This document shows, one piece after another, positions 19,078-28,843 of a stretch of DNA of 64,000 nucleotides; the stretch's first letter is position 1; every line of letters starts with the position of its first letter. Origin of the DNA: Dehalococcoidia bacterium (GTDB lineage: Bacteria > Chloroflexota > Dehalococcoidia > Lucifugimonadales > JAGWBF01); NCBI GenBank assembly GCA_965116325.1, contig OZ220675.1, positions 385,138-449,137 of the forward strand, read 5' to 3'. Position numbers and translations under genes: made by a program. The notes under the pieces are model-generated. The model saw only the letters and a list, made by a program, of their open reading frames with translations, did no database searches and had not been told where the DNA came from.

Positions 19078-20636
19078 TTGCCCGCACTCACAAGGTCAGT
19101 TACTTGAGAAAGCTGGGCAATGCCAGCGCCAAAGTAGTCCGTAAGGAGAGACGGATACACTCCGATCACAATTATGCTTGCGGTCAGCATCACCGCCGGC
19201 GCAGCCTCCAGGATGCTGGCATCGGTGATCGTGTCGAATCGCTCCTTCCGCGGGCCGAAGAGCACTCGCTCCAGCATCCACAGGATGTAGCCCGCGGCTA
19301 TGACTATTCCGACCGCGGCCAGGGCTGTAGGCCATGCAAAGGCCTTGAAGCTCCCGAGGAACACCATCACCTCCGCCACGAAGCCGCTCAGCCCGGGCAG
19401 TCCGAGAGACGCCAGTCCCGCAACGAGGAACCCACAGGCGACAAGAGGCATCCTGCCGGCAAGCCCACCCAGGTCCGGGATGTATCGGGTGTGGGCTTTC
19501 TCGTACACCAATCCCACCAACAGGAAGAGCAGCCCCGTTATGGTGCCGTGGGTGAACATCTGCATGCTGGCCCCGGCCAAGGCCAGATCAGCTACGTTCT
19601 CCGAGTCGGAACCGAAAAGGGCTCCGCCTCCGACACCTACGGCAACGCCCAACAGCACCAGCCCCATGTGGCTCACGCTGCTGTAGGCGATCAGGCGCTT
19701 CAGGTCGGTCTGGCGCAGGGTCACGATGGCCCCGTAAAGGACGCCAATCACCGCCAGCACCGCCAGCACCCAAGCGTAGGTCTGGGCATGCTCCAGCTCG
19801 GGGAACATTCCCACACACACCCTGATGAGTCCATACCCACCCATCTTAAGCAGCACCCCGGCCAGCATGACGCTGACCGCTGTGGGCGCATCGGTATGGG
19901 CGTCGGGCAGCCATGTGTGCACCGGCCACACCGGGAGCTTTATTGCGAAGGCGACGACGAAGAACCAGAAAATAAAGCCCACAGGGACTACCGATGAGCT
20001 GCTGATCCCCATCAAGGACAGCTGGGTCATGTCAAAGGTGGCCACATCCGAGGTGAGGGCTACCGCCACGATACCCACCAGCATGAAAGCCCCGCCCAGG
20101 ATGGTGAAGATGAGAAACTTCATCGCGGAGTACTCTTTGCGCCCGGTGCCCCACACGGAGATGAGCATATACATGGGTACCAGCTCCAGCTCCCAGAAGA
20201 GGAAGAACAGCAGGAAGTCCTGGGCTGTGAATACGCCCATGACCGCCGTCTGCAATATCAACAGCCAGAAGAAGTACTCTTTGACCCTGGTCTGGATGCT
20301 CCAGGACGCAAGCACTGCCGCCAAGCCTAGGAGCCCCGTCAGCAGCACCAGCGGGGCGCTCAGACCATCCACTGCCAGGTGATAGCTGGCCGTGAAGGAT
20401 GCATCTCCAAAGATCGAGCCTTCGCCGAACCAGTTGAACCGATCGATCATCTGGAACCGCTCGGCGCCTCCCCGGTCATAAAGGGATAGCACCAGCCCCG
20501 ACAGCACAAGGTCCGCCAGGAGCACCAGGGTGGCAAATACGCGCACCTTCCCACTGCCCCTCAGGAGTGCAGCGATCACTATCGCTCCCACCATGGGCAG
20601 GAAGACGGTCGCTGTCAAAAGGCCGTTAAATTCCAA
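19074..20636 (-). CDS. nuoM: NADH-quinone oxidoreductase subunit M
   Basis: An antiporter-like subunit carrying WLPDAHTDAPTAVSVMLAGVLLKMGGYG. Confidence 0.95.
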   Translation of the reverse strand: MEFNGLLTATVFLPMVGAIVIAALLRGSGKVRVFATLVLLADLVLSGLVLSLYDRGGAERFQMIDRFNWFGEGSIFGDASFTASYHLAVDGLSAPLVLLTGLLGLAAVLASWSIQTRVKEYFFWLLILQTAVMGVFTAQDFLLFFLFWELELVPMYMLISVWGTGRKEYSAMKFLIFTILGGAFMLVGIVAVALTSDVATFDMTQLSLMGISSSSVVPVGFIFWFFVVAFAIKLPVWPVHTWLPDAHTDAPTAVSVMLAGVLLKMGGYGLIRVCVGMFPELEHAQTYAWVLAVLAVIGVLYGAIVTLRQTDLKRLIAYSSVSHMGLVLLGVAVGVGGGALFGSDSENVADLALAGASMQMFTHGTITGLLFLLVGLVYEKAHTRYIPDLGGLAGRMPLVACGFLVAGLASLGLPGLSGFVAEVMVFLGSFKAFAWPTALAAVGIVIAAGYILWMLERVLFGPRKERFDTITDASILEAAPAVMLTASIIVIGVYPSLLTDYFGAGIAQLSQVTDLVSAGK

Positions 20637-20662
20637 TTACAACCACCAGATTGCCATTTCCC

Positions 20663-22630
20663 CTAAATCCGCATGAAGGCAAAGAATACCCCTCCGATGA
20701 CTATCGCCCCTAAGGTGACAACCACCACGTAACCCTGGGCTTGACCCGTCTGAAGCAGGGCCACTACCCGCCCGAAATTCCTGGAAGACCAGCCAATAGT
20801 CTCGGCAAAGTTGTCGACGATCTTCCGGTCGATCCAGTCCAGGGTTCCACACACGACGCCGTAGAAACCGCGCCGAGTGACTGCTCCTTCGAACAGCTCA
20901 TCCATGTAGTACTTGCGGGCAAGCAGGTTGTGTACAGCTCTGAAGGGTGCGCCCAACAGTCCCGGCAGAAGGTTCGGGACTATGAACAGGAAGGCTGCAA
21001 CGCATATTCCCAAGACCGCCACGGCGATGGAGATCACCGCCAGCAGGAAAATAACGTCGGACTTGCCTCCCAGGAAATCCGCAAACCAGTGGGCAGGGAT
21101 ACCCAGGATGCCTACGACGGGGTTAACCAGGCCCCCTACCACCACCGAGGCCACGGCAAGGAGGCCCATGGGCAGCACCATAACCCAGGGAGACTCGGCC
21201 AGATGAACGCTGTGCCCCGCATCCGGCGAGGCAGTGCCGGCATTCTGTTCCTCAGCCTCTACGCCCCCACGGAACTCCCCGTGGAAGGTCATGAACACCA
21301 TCCTGAAGATGTAGAAGGCGGTCATGGGGACAGCGGCGAAGAGGAGCCAGAACACCACCATGTCAACCGTGGAGCCGCCGGTCCAGGCGTGGGCCAGAAT
21401 CTCATCCTTGCTCCAGAAACCGGACAAGGGGAAGATCCCTGCCAAGCTCAGCGAACCGATAATCACGAGGACGTAGGTCCAGGGCATGTATTTGCGGAGA
21501 CCACCCATGTAGCGCATGTCAAAGGTGCCGCTGGCATGGTTCACGCTGCCGGCGCCCATGAACAGCAGGGCCTTGAAGAAGGCGTGGGTGAACAGGTGGA
21601 AGATTGCGGGGACGTAAGCGCCGACCCCCAGGGCCGCGACCATGTACCCAAGCTGGCTGATGGTGGAGTAGGCCAGGACCCGCTTGATGTCGTTCATCAC
21701 CAAGCCCATGGTGGCCGCGAATATGGCGGTTACCGCCCCGACCACGGCAATGATCTGCATAGCATCAACTGACGCCTCGACCACGGGGAAGAAGCGCGCT
21801 ATCAGGAACACGCCCGCAGCAACCATCGTGGCTGCGTGGATAAGAGCGCTGACGGGCGTAGGACCTTCCATTGCATCAGGCAGCCATATGTGGAGCGGGA
21901 ACTGGGCCGACTTGCCCGCCGCACCGGCGAATATCCCCATTACCATCAAGGTGAGGGCCGTCCCCGCAATCAGACCTAGCTGCACGCCAGCAGATATGTC
22001 GGCAATCTCCAGGGCGTTCAGCCCGTTTTCGGCAAAGGCGGAGGTGTTGAAGAACAGGTAGAGGATGGCAATCAAGAAGCCCAGGTCCCCGATACGGGTA
22101 ACAATAAAGGCCTTCTTGGCTGCCGCGGCGGCCGCGGGCCTGGTGAACCAGAACCCGATAAGGAGATATGAGCACACTCCGACAAGCTCCCAGAACACGT
22201 ACAGCTGCACCACATTGCTGGCGATCACCAGCCCAATCATGGAAGCTGTAAACAGGGACATAAGGGCGTAGTACCGGGCGAACCCCGGGTCGCCCTTCAT
22301 GTAGCCGAGGGAGTACACCTGCACCATCAGGCTTACCCCGGTAACCACAACCAGCATAATTGCGGTCAGGGGGTCCAGGATGATGCCCAGGTTAATCTGC
22401 AGTGAGCCTAAGGCCAGCCATTCGTGGGGCGTGAAGAATACCTCGCCATTCTCAATGACGGAGCCCAGGGCCATCAGCGACAGGGCGAACGAAGCGCCAA
22501 TGGTCGTGATTGTAGTAAGGGCGGCCAGTTGGGAGAACCGGTTAAGAAATGGCCGGATTAACAGCGCAATTGCTACAAAGGAGCCCAGCGGCAGAAGGAA
22601 TATAGCCCAGACGGCTGCCTCTTGGATCAT
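20663..22630 (-). CDS. nuoL: NADH-quinone oxidoreductase subunit L
   Basis: 655 aa carrying WLPDAMEGPTPVSALIHAATMV, with a long C-terminal amphipathic/TM extension typical of NuoL. Confidence 0.95.
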   Translation of the reverse strand: MIQEAAVWAIFLLPLGSFVAIALLIRPFLNRFSQLAALTTITTIGASFALSLMALGSVIENGEVFFTPHEWLALGSLQINLGIILDPLTAIMLVVVTGVSLMVQVYSLGYMKGDPGFARYYALMSLFTASMIGLVIASNVVQLYVFWELVGVCSYLLIGFWFTRPAAAAAAKKAFIVTRIGDLGFLIAILYLFFNTSAFAENGLNALEIADISAGVQLGLIAGTALTLMVMGIFAGAAGKSAQFPLHIWLPDAMEGPTPVSALIHAATMVAAGVFLIARFFPVVEASVDAMQIIAVVGAVTAIFAATMGLVMNDIKRVLAYSTISQLGYMVAALGVGAYVPAIFHLFTHAFFKALLFMGAGSVNHASGTFDMRYMGGLRKYMPWTYVLVIIGSLSLAGIFPLSGFWSKDEILAHAWTGGSTVDMVVFWLLFAAVPMTAFYIFRMVFMTFHGEFRGGVEAEEQNAGTASPDAGHSVHLAESPWVMVLPMGLLAVASVVVGGLVNPVVGILGIPAHWFADFLGGKSDVIFLLAVISIAVAVLGICVAAFLFIVPNLLPGLLGAPFRAVHNLLARKYYMDELFEGAVTRRGFYGVVCGTLDWIDRKIVDNFAETIGWSSRNFGRVVALLQTGQAQGYVVVVTLGAIVIGGVFFAFMRI

Positions 22631-22631
22631 C

Positions 22632-22826
22632 TTACAGCTTCCTCAGTATCTCCTCTGCTACATGTTCCCTGCCCTTGGGCACCATGATCCGGAAAGGTGT
22701 CCGATCAGCCCAATCGAGGATGTCCCCTTCGGGCAGGATGCGCGTAGGCAGGCCCTCTCCCTCCAAGACTTCCTTCCACATCTCGGCTGTCATCAGGTTG
22801 GACACCTTCTTGAACTCGGTCCACAT
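22632..22826 (-). CDS. Small DUF2007-like protein encoded between nuoK and nuoL
   Basis: 64 aa. GGGAAGG lies 4 nt upstream of the ATG, and the stop is 1 nt from the nuoL ATG. The pattern (..AEMWKEVLEGEGLP..ILPEG....FRIMVPKGREHVAEEIL) resembles the DUF2007 fold family. Confidence 0.6.
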   Translation of the reverse strand: MWTEFKKVSNLMTAEMWKEVLEGEGLPTRILPEGDILDWADRTPFRIMVPKGREHVAEEILRKL

Positions 22827-22854
22827 ACTGCCTTCCCGCTACTCTTGTTCTCGT

Positions 22855-23184
22855 TCAGCGCCGCATCAAGCTGGCTTCAGTAATGTCAACCGTCTCCCGG
22901 TTTCGATACAGGGCAATGACTATAGCCAAGCCTAAAGCTATCTCCGCAGCGGCAACGGTTATGATGAACACCACGAACATCTGGCCCGTCAGAAGCCTTC
23001 CCAGGTGGTCCTGCACTCCTAGAGGGACGATGTACTTCGCGAAGGCCACCATCGCCACGTTAACCGCGTTGAACATCAGCTCCAGGGACATTAGAACGGT
23101 AATCGCATTGCGCCGGGCCATCGTGCCGTACAACCCGATACAGAAGAGGATGCCCGAGAGTATCAGTAAGCGCTCCAGGTCCAT
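22855..23184 (-). CDS. nuoK: NADH-quinone oxidoreductase subunit K
   Basis: About 100 aa with 3 TM helices, carrying LMSLELMFNAVN and AAAEIALGLAI. Confidence 0.95.
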   Translation of the reverse strand: MDLERLLILSGILFCIGLYGTMARRNAITVLMSLELMFNAVNVAMVAFAKYIVPLGVQDHLGRLLTGQMFVVFIITVAAAEIALGLAIVIALYRNRETVDITEASLMRR

Positions 23185-23186
23185 CC

Positions 23187-24275
23187 CTACCGCTCCCTCG
23201 TGATTACAAGCGCCCCGATGATGGTGGCCAGCAGGAGCACCGCTGCCACCTCAAAGGGCAGCACATAGTCGTTGATCAGCAGGTCTCCGATTCCGGTCCG
23301 CTCCTCGGCTTTCTCAAATCGTCCTTCGAAGATGTTCAGTACGGGGAAATTCTCAACGGTCACGTTCTGCCCATTGACGGACAGGGTACCGCTCGCCTGC
23401 CCCGGCACAACCGAGTATTTCAGGTCCCCGTCGGGACCAACCAACCACCATCTGTCCTGGCCTTGCAAGTCCCCGTCAGGCCCAACCCACCACGATACGT
23501 TCCCCTGGACCTTCGGGCGTATCTCAACAACATCTTGTACCGGAGAATCGGGAGCATTCAATGCGCTCAGCAGGTCCTCGGACGGGGCCGTCGGCTCCGT
23601 GACCGCCTGGAATTCATCGATAAACGCGGGATGCAGCCTCGCCACCAGTTGACCCTGCTCGAGGAGAATCAGTTCGGCTTGCAGAAGCTGGGCTTCCGTC
23701 TCAAACTCGGTCACTACCCTGGTTGGTTCATCACTACTGCGCCCCTCGAGGATGGACGGGATTTCGCCGATTCGTTCCTGGATATGCCTCTCCACGCCAT
23801 CTTCCCAATCGGCAGGAAGACCTCCCACGGTGTTGGACTGCACCGCTTCAGTCACCCAACCCAGACCTCGGGCATCCAGGCGGTCCTGGACAAGCTGCTC
23901 CTGGCCGGGCTGAATCTTACTCAGCTCCACCTGCTGGTTCCAGTCAGTGTCCAGCACCACGAAAACCAGGGCCGCCAGCAGCAGGGCAGTAAGGACGCCT
24001 GCGGGAAGATGAAGTCGGTTCGGCAGGTTACCCTGCTGCACCTCCCTGGTGAGCATGATGGCAAATACGATGAGTATGGCCACGGCGCCCACATAGATAA
24101 GCAGCTGGACGACGGCCAGAAATTCGGCGCTCATCAGGACGAAGAGACCCGCCACCGTCATAAAGACAAGGACAAGGAGGAGGGCTGCCCGGAACACATC
24201 CCTGACCAGCACAACGCCCAAGGCCCCGCCAACCCCTGCGGCCGACAGCGCCCAGAATGCTATCTCCTGAAACAA
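23187..24275 (-). CDS. nuoJ: NADH-quinone oxidoreductase subunit J with a roughly 225-aa insertion between TM4 and TM5
   Basis: The N-terminal 108 aa (AEFLAVVQLLIYVGAVAILIVFAIML) and the C-terminal helix (YVLPFEVAAVLLLATIIGA) are canonical NuoJ. The middle part is hydrophilic. Confidence 0.9.
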   Translation of the reverse strand: MFQEIAFWALSAAGVGGALGVVLVRDVFRAALLLVLVFMTVAGLFVLMSAEFLAVVQLLIYVGAVAILIVFAIMLTREVQQGNLPNRLHLPAGVLTALLLAALVFVVLDTDWNQQVELSKIQPGQEQLVQDRLDARGLGWVTEAVQSNTVGGLPADWEDGVERHIQERIGEIPSILEGRSSDEPTRVVTEFETEAQLLQAELILLEQGQLVARLHPAFIDEFQAVTEPTAPSEDLLSALNAPDSPVQDVVEIRPKVQGNVSWWVGPDGDLQGQDRWWLVGPDGDLKYSVVPGQASGTLSVNGQNVTVENFPVLNIFEGRFEKAEERTGIGDLLINDYVLPFEVAAVLLLATIIGALVITRER

Positions 24276-24381
24276 CAGATCTCCTGTGTCTTCCCAAACA
24301 TACGTTGGGGCAATGAAACGGCTATTCTGGAAATCACCGCGATTTTCGTAGCCCTCGCTCTTGTGATGCGGGTATCAACCT

Positions 24382-24984
24382 TTAGGCCGTACCTGAGGGT
24401 TCGTTGGATGACGAGGCGCCTTCGCCGATGTCGGCTTTCTCTATTCTCGCGCCCGATTTCTCGTGCTGATGCCACCGGTTTTGCTCACGCCCCACTTCCC
24501 TCCAGGACAGGGGCTGCCCATCGTGGGGACTATAGCCTGCGTTCTCGAGCTGGGGACGGAACCAGGTGCTGGGCCTTTTCTCTGCTTGCCGGAGTTCATC
24601 TATGCCGATAACCAGCTCGTTGCGAGCATAGCGACCCCGCTCAAACCCGCTGCCCATGAACAGCGCATCGTAGGGGCATGCTTCGACGCAAAGGCCACAG
24701 AACATGCACCGCCCGATGTCGATGTCGAATACTTCCAGGTTGTACTTGTCGCCTTGGGCTTTGGCGGTGCCGCTGGGGGAAGTGACGATCTTGATAATCC
24801 CCAGGGGGCAGTACTTGGCGCAGGACGCACATCCCGTACATCGCTCTTCGTACCAGCCAAACTCTTCACCCCGGAACCTGGCATGTTGGGAAACCCTTTC
24901 CTCGGGGTACTGGACCGTAAAGGGTTTCCTCGTAAGGTTCTTCAAGGTGACCATCAGGCCCTTGGCAAGTCCTAGACCGTACAT
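24382..24984 (-). CDS. nuoI: NADH-quinone oxidoreductase subunit I (2x[4Fe-4S]) with C-terminal tail
   Basis: Carries CTGCASCAKYCP and CMFCGLCVEACP. The start was set at MYGLGLAKG (24984); an alternative ATG at 24996 overlaps nuoH. Confidence 0.9.
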   Translation of the reverse strand: MYGLGLAKGLMVTLKNLTRKPFTVQYPEERVSQHARFRGEEFGWYEERCTGCASCAKYCPLGIIKIVTSPSGTAKAQGDKYNLEVFDIDIGRCMFCGLCVEACPYDALFMGSGFERGRYARNELVIGIDELRQAEKRPSTWFRPQLENAGYSPHDGQPLSWREVGREQNRWHQHEKSGARIEKADIGEGASSSNEPSGTA

Positions 24985-24985
24985 G

Positions 24986-26239
24986 CTATGCCCCATCTCC
25001 CTGCCCGGCAGCGGGCAACGTGGTTCTGGAAGGCCATGCGCCAGCCCCGAAAGTGCTTCTGGGCGGGCGTACCTTGTCTCGCACAAGGGTTCCAAAGGCG
25101 GCGACGGTTACTATCGCCAGGGGAATGTTGATCGCGGCCATGAGGCCCAGGTCACCCCTGGAAAGGGCTCCGGTCGCGTCTCGCAGCCAGTACACCTGCA
25201 GAGTGGTTGCGATGATGTTGATCAGGCTCATGGGGAACAGGAACTTCCACGCGAAGGCCATAATCTGGTCGATGCGCAGCCTGGGGAAGGTTGCCCTGAT
25301 CCAGATAAACAGGAACACGAAGAACCCCAGCTTGATCAGGAACCAGAGGGCCCCTAACTGGCCAGACAGGAATGGGCCGCTCCATCCGCCCATAAACAGG
25401 GTGGATGCAACGGCCGACGCCGCGACGACGCCCCCGAACTCCGCCATCTGTACCAGGGCAAACTTGATGCCGCTGTACTCGGTGTGATACCCGGCTACCA
25501 GCTCCGACTCAGCCTCTACGATATCGAAGGGGGTGCGGTTCAGCTCCGCCGAAATTCCCAGCATGAATACCAGTATGCCCAGGGGCTGGACCACGATGAA
25601 AGGCACCTGCTGGGCATTGACGACATCCACCAAGCTCATGGATCCGGCCAAGAGCACGATGCCGACTAAGGAGAGAACGGTGGGTATCTCGTAGCTGATC
25701 AGCATCGCCACGCCCCGCATCGCGCCGAACATTGCGTAGCGGTTCCCAGAAGACCAGCCAGCCATGAATATTCCCAGGGTGCTCAGCCCGGTGATCGCCA
25801 CCAAGTACAGCACCCCGATGTTCAGGTCCGCCAGGAAGGTATTCTTGGCGATGGGAATCACCGCCAACCCGGCCAAGAGAGGAAACACAACCACTATGGG
25901 CACCATCAGGAAGGCTATGCGGTCCGCTCCCTGGGGCACCAGGTCTTCCTTGGTCAATAGCTTCACTAGGTCGGCTATGGGCTGCAGCAGGCCGAAAGGC
26001 CCCCAGCGGTTGGGGCCCAGGCGGTTCTGCATCCTTCCCAGTACCCGGCGCTCCAGCCATACGTAAAGGGCGGCGCCCAGGAGCACACCATTGACCAGGA
26101 TAAGAATGATCAGGAAACCGGATATGATGTGGTCAAGCCAGCACAGCGAGCTCGGCATGACCTCGCCGATGGCGTTGTATATGTGCCTGTACAGCACATT
26201 GTCATGGAACAAGCTGCCGGCGCCGATGCTGCAGTTCAC
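24986..26239 (-). CDS. nuoH: NADH-quinone oxidoreductase subunit H
   Basis: Carries ERRVLGRMQNRLGPNRWGPFGLLQPIADL and the PFDIVEAESELVAGYHTEYSG motif. The GTG start overlaps the nuoD stop; the true start may be the internal Met. Confidence 0.93.
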   Translation of the reverse strand: MNCSIGAGSLFHDNVLYRHIYNAIGEVMPSSLCWLDHIISGFLIILILVNGVLLGAALYVWLERRVLGRMQNRLGPNRWGPFGLLQPIADLVKLLTKEDLVPQGADRIAFLMVPIVVVFPLLAGLAVIPIAKNTFLADLNIGVLYLVAITGLSTLGIFMAGWSSGNRYAMFGAMRGVAMLISYEIPTVLSLVGIVLLAGSMSLVDVVNAQQVPFIVVQPLGILVFMLGISAELNRTPFDIVEAESELVAGYHTEYSGIKFALVQMAEFGGVVAASAVASTLFMGGWSGPFLSGQLGALWFLIKLGFFVFLFIWIRATFPRLRIDQIMAFAWKFLFPMSLINIIATTLQVYWLRDATGALSRGDLGLMAAINIPLAIVTVAAFGTLVRDKVRPPRSTFGAGAWPSRTTLPAAGQGDGA

Positions 26240-27342
26240 CGATCAACCTCACCCATGTTTATGTCGATGCTTCCCAGGTTGACGATCATGTCCGCCAACT
26301 TCCAACCGATCAACAAATCCTTGATGATGGTCAGGTTCAACAGGGAGGGGGAGCGTATCTTGCACCTGTAGGGGGATATCCCGCCGTCGCTTACCAGGTA
26401 GAAGCCCAGCTCGCCCTTGGGGGACTCCACGCGCCCGTAGGACTCAGCCCCCTTGGGTGGGCGAAGCACCAGGGGAAGCTCCGCCCGTACCGGGCCGTCG
26501 GGCATCTGCTCTACGCACTGCCGCACGATCCTCAGGCTCTGGCGCATCTCCTGCATTCGCACCCAGAACCTGTCCAGGTTGTCGCCATTGGCGCCAACAG
26601 GCACATCGAACTCCAGCCCGTCGTACACATCGTAGGGGTCCGTCTTTCGCCAGTCCCAAGCCAGCCCACTGGCCCGCAGAATGGGGCCGCTGGCCGAGCA
26701 GGCAATGAGCCTGTCCAGGGGCAGAACGCCCACGTTCCGCACCCTAACCAGGATGATCTCGTTCTCAGCCAATAGCTGCTCCAGCTCGTCCAGGTAGGAG
26801 GGCATATAGTCCAGGAAGCGGCTGAGGGCTGGCCAGAAATCGTCAGGAGCATCGTAGTAAACGCCCCCGGGCCTCATGTAGCTCACCGTAATCCGGGCAC
26901 CGCACAGCATTTCGAAGAGGTCGAGGATGCGTTCCCGTTCGCGAAAGCAGTACATCAGAGGTGTACCCAACGCCCCCAGATCCTGGAGCAGGAAGCCCGT
27001 GGCCACCAGGTGGCTGGCGATACGCTGAAGCTCAGCGGCCATGACCCTGAGGTATTGTCCTCTGATGGGCACCTCTATGCCCATCAGGCGCTCGACGGCC
27101 AGGCAATAGGCCTGGTTGTTGGTCATGGATGCCACGTAGTCCAGCCGGTCCGTCAGGGTAACGATCTGGGTGTAGTTGCGCTCTTCGGCCAGCTTTTCGG
27201 TGCCTCGATGAAGGTACCCGAATACGGGCTCCACATCCACGATCATCTCGCCGTCAAAGGTCACCCTAAGGCGAAAGACCCCGTGGGTGCTGGGATGCTG
27301 GGGCCCGATGTTGACGGTAATGGGCTCGGTGCGAATAGGCAT
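26236..27342 (-). CDS. nuoD: NADH-quinone oxidoreductase subunit D
   Basis: Carries NIGPQHPSTHGVFR and LDYV...; the C-terminal LGSIDINMGEVDR is the classic NuoD ending. Confidence 0.95.
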   Translation of the reverse strand: MPIRTEPITVNIGPQHPSTHGVFRLRVTFDGEMIVDVEPVFGYLHRGTEKLAEERNYTQIVTLTDRLDYVASMTNNQAYCLAVERLMGIEVPIRGQYLRVMAAELQRIASHLVATGFLLQDLGALGTPLMYCFRERERILDLFEMLCGARITVSYMRPGGVYYDAPDDFWPALSRFLDYMPSYLDELEQLLAENEIILVRVRNVGVLPLDRLIACSASGPILRASGLAWDWRKTDPYDVYDGLEFDVPVGANGDNLDRFWVRMQEMRQSLRIVRQCVEQMPDGPVRAELPLVLRPPKGAESYGRVESPKGELGFYLVSDGGISPYRCKIRSPSLLNLTIIKDLLIGWKLADMIVNLGSIDINMGEVDR

Positions 27343-27349
27343 GGCCGGA

Positions 27350-27808
27350 CTAGTACTCTACCGTGTCCTGGAAGTCTTTGCGCAGTGGATGCCCCGGAAA
27401 GCCTTCCCATAGAAGGATGCGCTTCATGTTGGGATGCCCGTCGAACCGGACTCCCATCAGGTCCCAGATCTCCCGCTCCTGGTAGTCGGCGCCAGGCCAT
27501 ATGCCAATGACCGACGGGACCTCAGGTTCCCCCCTGCCGGGCACCCTGGCCCGCAAGAAAACGCTGTGGTTGAACTCGAAGGAGGTCATCAGGTAGATAA
27601 GCTCGAAGTGGTCAATGTAGTCCACAGCCGAGATGGAGTTCAGGTACTCCAGCTTCAGTTCCGGCTCTTCCTTGAGATACCTGCAAACGTCCGCGATGAG
27701 GGGAGCCTTTATCCACAGATGGGATGCTGTCTGATCTTCTACCGAGTCGGGATAAGCTGCCTGAATGTGCCGGGCCAGTTCCCCCACATCAAGGAAGCTG
27801 GTCATCAT
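27350..27808 (-). CDS. nuoC: NADH-quinone oxidoreductase subunit C
   Basis: Carries the signature [19 protein letters not shown]. Confidence 0.93.
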   Translation of the reverse strand: MMTSFLDVGELARHIQAAYPDSVEDQTASHLWIKAPLIADVCRYLKEEPELKLEYLNSISAVDYIDHFELIYLMTSFEFNHSVFLRARVPGRGEPEVPSVIGIWPGADYQEREIWDLMGVRFDGHPNMKRILLWEGFPGHPLRKDFQDTVEY

Positions 27809-28422
27809 TCACCTGCAACTTCGCCCCGCAGACTATAGCGCTTGATCTTCTCGTGGAGCTGCATGATCCCGTAGAGAAGGGCATCTGGCCGGGGCGGGCA
27901 GCCGGGCACGTACACATCCACAGGGACGATGTGATTGACACCGGGCACCACGCTGTAGCAGGAGTAGTAAGGCCCCCCGCTGGTGGCGCACACACCCATG
28001 GAGATGACCCATTTCGGTTCGCCCATCTGGTCGTAAATCCGGCGTATGGCAGGCGCCATCTTCCAGGTGACCGTGCCCGCGACAATCATCAGGTCAGCCT
28101 GCCTGGGAGTGGCCCTGAAGGCCTCCATGCCAAAACGGGCGATGTCGAACCGCCCCATGGCTGTGGCCATCATCTCGAAAGCACAGCATGCCAAGCCGAA
28201 GGCCACCGGCCACAAGGCGGACTTGCGCCCCCAGTTCAGCAGGGCATCCACCGAGGTGACCATCACGTTGCGGGACAGGTCCTCGGGTACCTGGATAAGG
28301 GGTTCGGGATAGGGTTGGGCGTTGGTGCGGCGCATGTCGCCGACCACTTGTCCTTCCTCCAGGTCCAAGCTCCAGGTACGGGAGCTCAGGGGGCCAGCGC
28401 CTTCTTGTATCTCCTGGGTCAT
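27805..28422 (-). CDS. nuoB: NADH-quinone oxidoreductase subunit B
   Basis: Carries [21 protein letters not shown] and GCPPRP. The start was set at the ATG at 28422, just after the nuoA stop; the longer ORF overlaps nuoA by 31 nt. Confidence 0.93.
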   Translation of the reverse strand: MTQEIQEGAGPLSSRTWSLDLEEGQVVGDMRRTNAQPYPEPLIQVPEDLSRNVMVTSVDALLNWGRKSALWPVAFGLACCAFEMMATAMGRFDIARFGMEAFRATPRQADLMIVAGTVTWKMAPAIRRIYDQMGEPKWVISMGVCATSGGPYYSCYSVVPGVNHIVPVDVYVPGCPPRPDALLYGIMQLHEKIKRYSLRGEVAGE

Positions 28423-28424
28423 GC

Positions 28425-28808
28425 CTATCTCCACTCCAGGTCCTGTTTTCGCCAAGCGTAAACCCAGCCGAGAGCCAATATGGAAATGAATACCATCATT
28501 GCAATCAGGGCAAACAGGCCGAGCTGGTTAAACTTGACGGCCCAGGGGTAGATGAAGACCACGCCAACGTCGAAGATGATGAAGAGAAGGGCATACAGGT
28601 AAAAGCGGAAGTTGAATTGTCCCCATTTGCCCCCGATGGTCTGCATTCCGCACTCATAGACCTCGGACTTGACGGCGCTCGGCTTCTGGGGACGTATCTT
28701 GACTTTGGAAGCGGCCCACGACAGCATCAACATGCTGGTGGGAACTATGACGGCTACTATGCCGAGAATCGCAACAAGGCCGTACTGACGCAGATAATCG
28801 TCGACCAT
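28425..28808 (-). CDS. nuoA: NADH-quinone oxidoreductase subunit A
   Basis: 3 TM helices, carrying YECGM....G....F...[17 protein letters not shown]. Confidence 0.93.
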   Translation of the reverse strand: MVDDYLRQYGLVAILGIVAVIVPTSMLMLSWAASKVKIRPQKPSAVKSEVYECGMQTIGGKWGQFNFRFYLYALLFIIFDVGVVFIYPWAVKFNQLGLFALIAMMVFISILALGWVYAWRKQDLEWR

Positions 28809-28843
28809 GCTCCCCTAAAACACACCCTGCATTTGGCCTAGGG

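Noticed and set aside
22632-22826. Treating the nuoK-nuoL spacer ORF as a spurious small ORF
   Set aside because: It is not rejected outright. It has a good SD, tight coupling to nuoL and a fold-like sequence pattern, so I kept it as a feature at moderate confidence rather than discarding it.
26236-26239. Possibility that nuoEFG are missing because of an assembly gap between nuoD and nuoH
   Set aside because: The nuoD stop and the nuoH start overlap by 4 nt in continuous sequence. The junction looks native.
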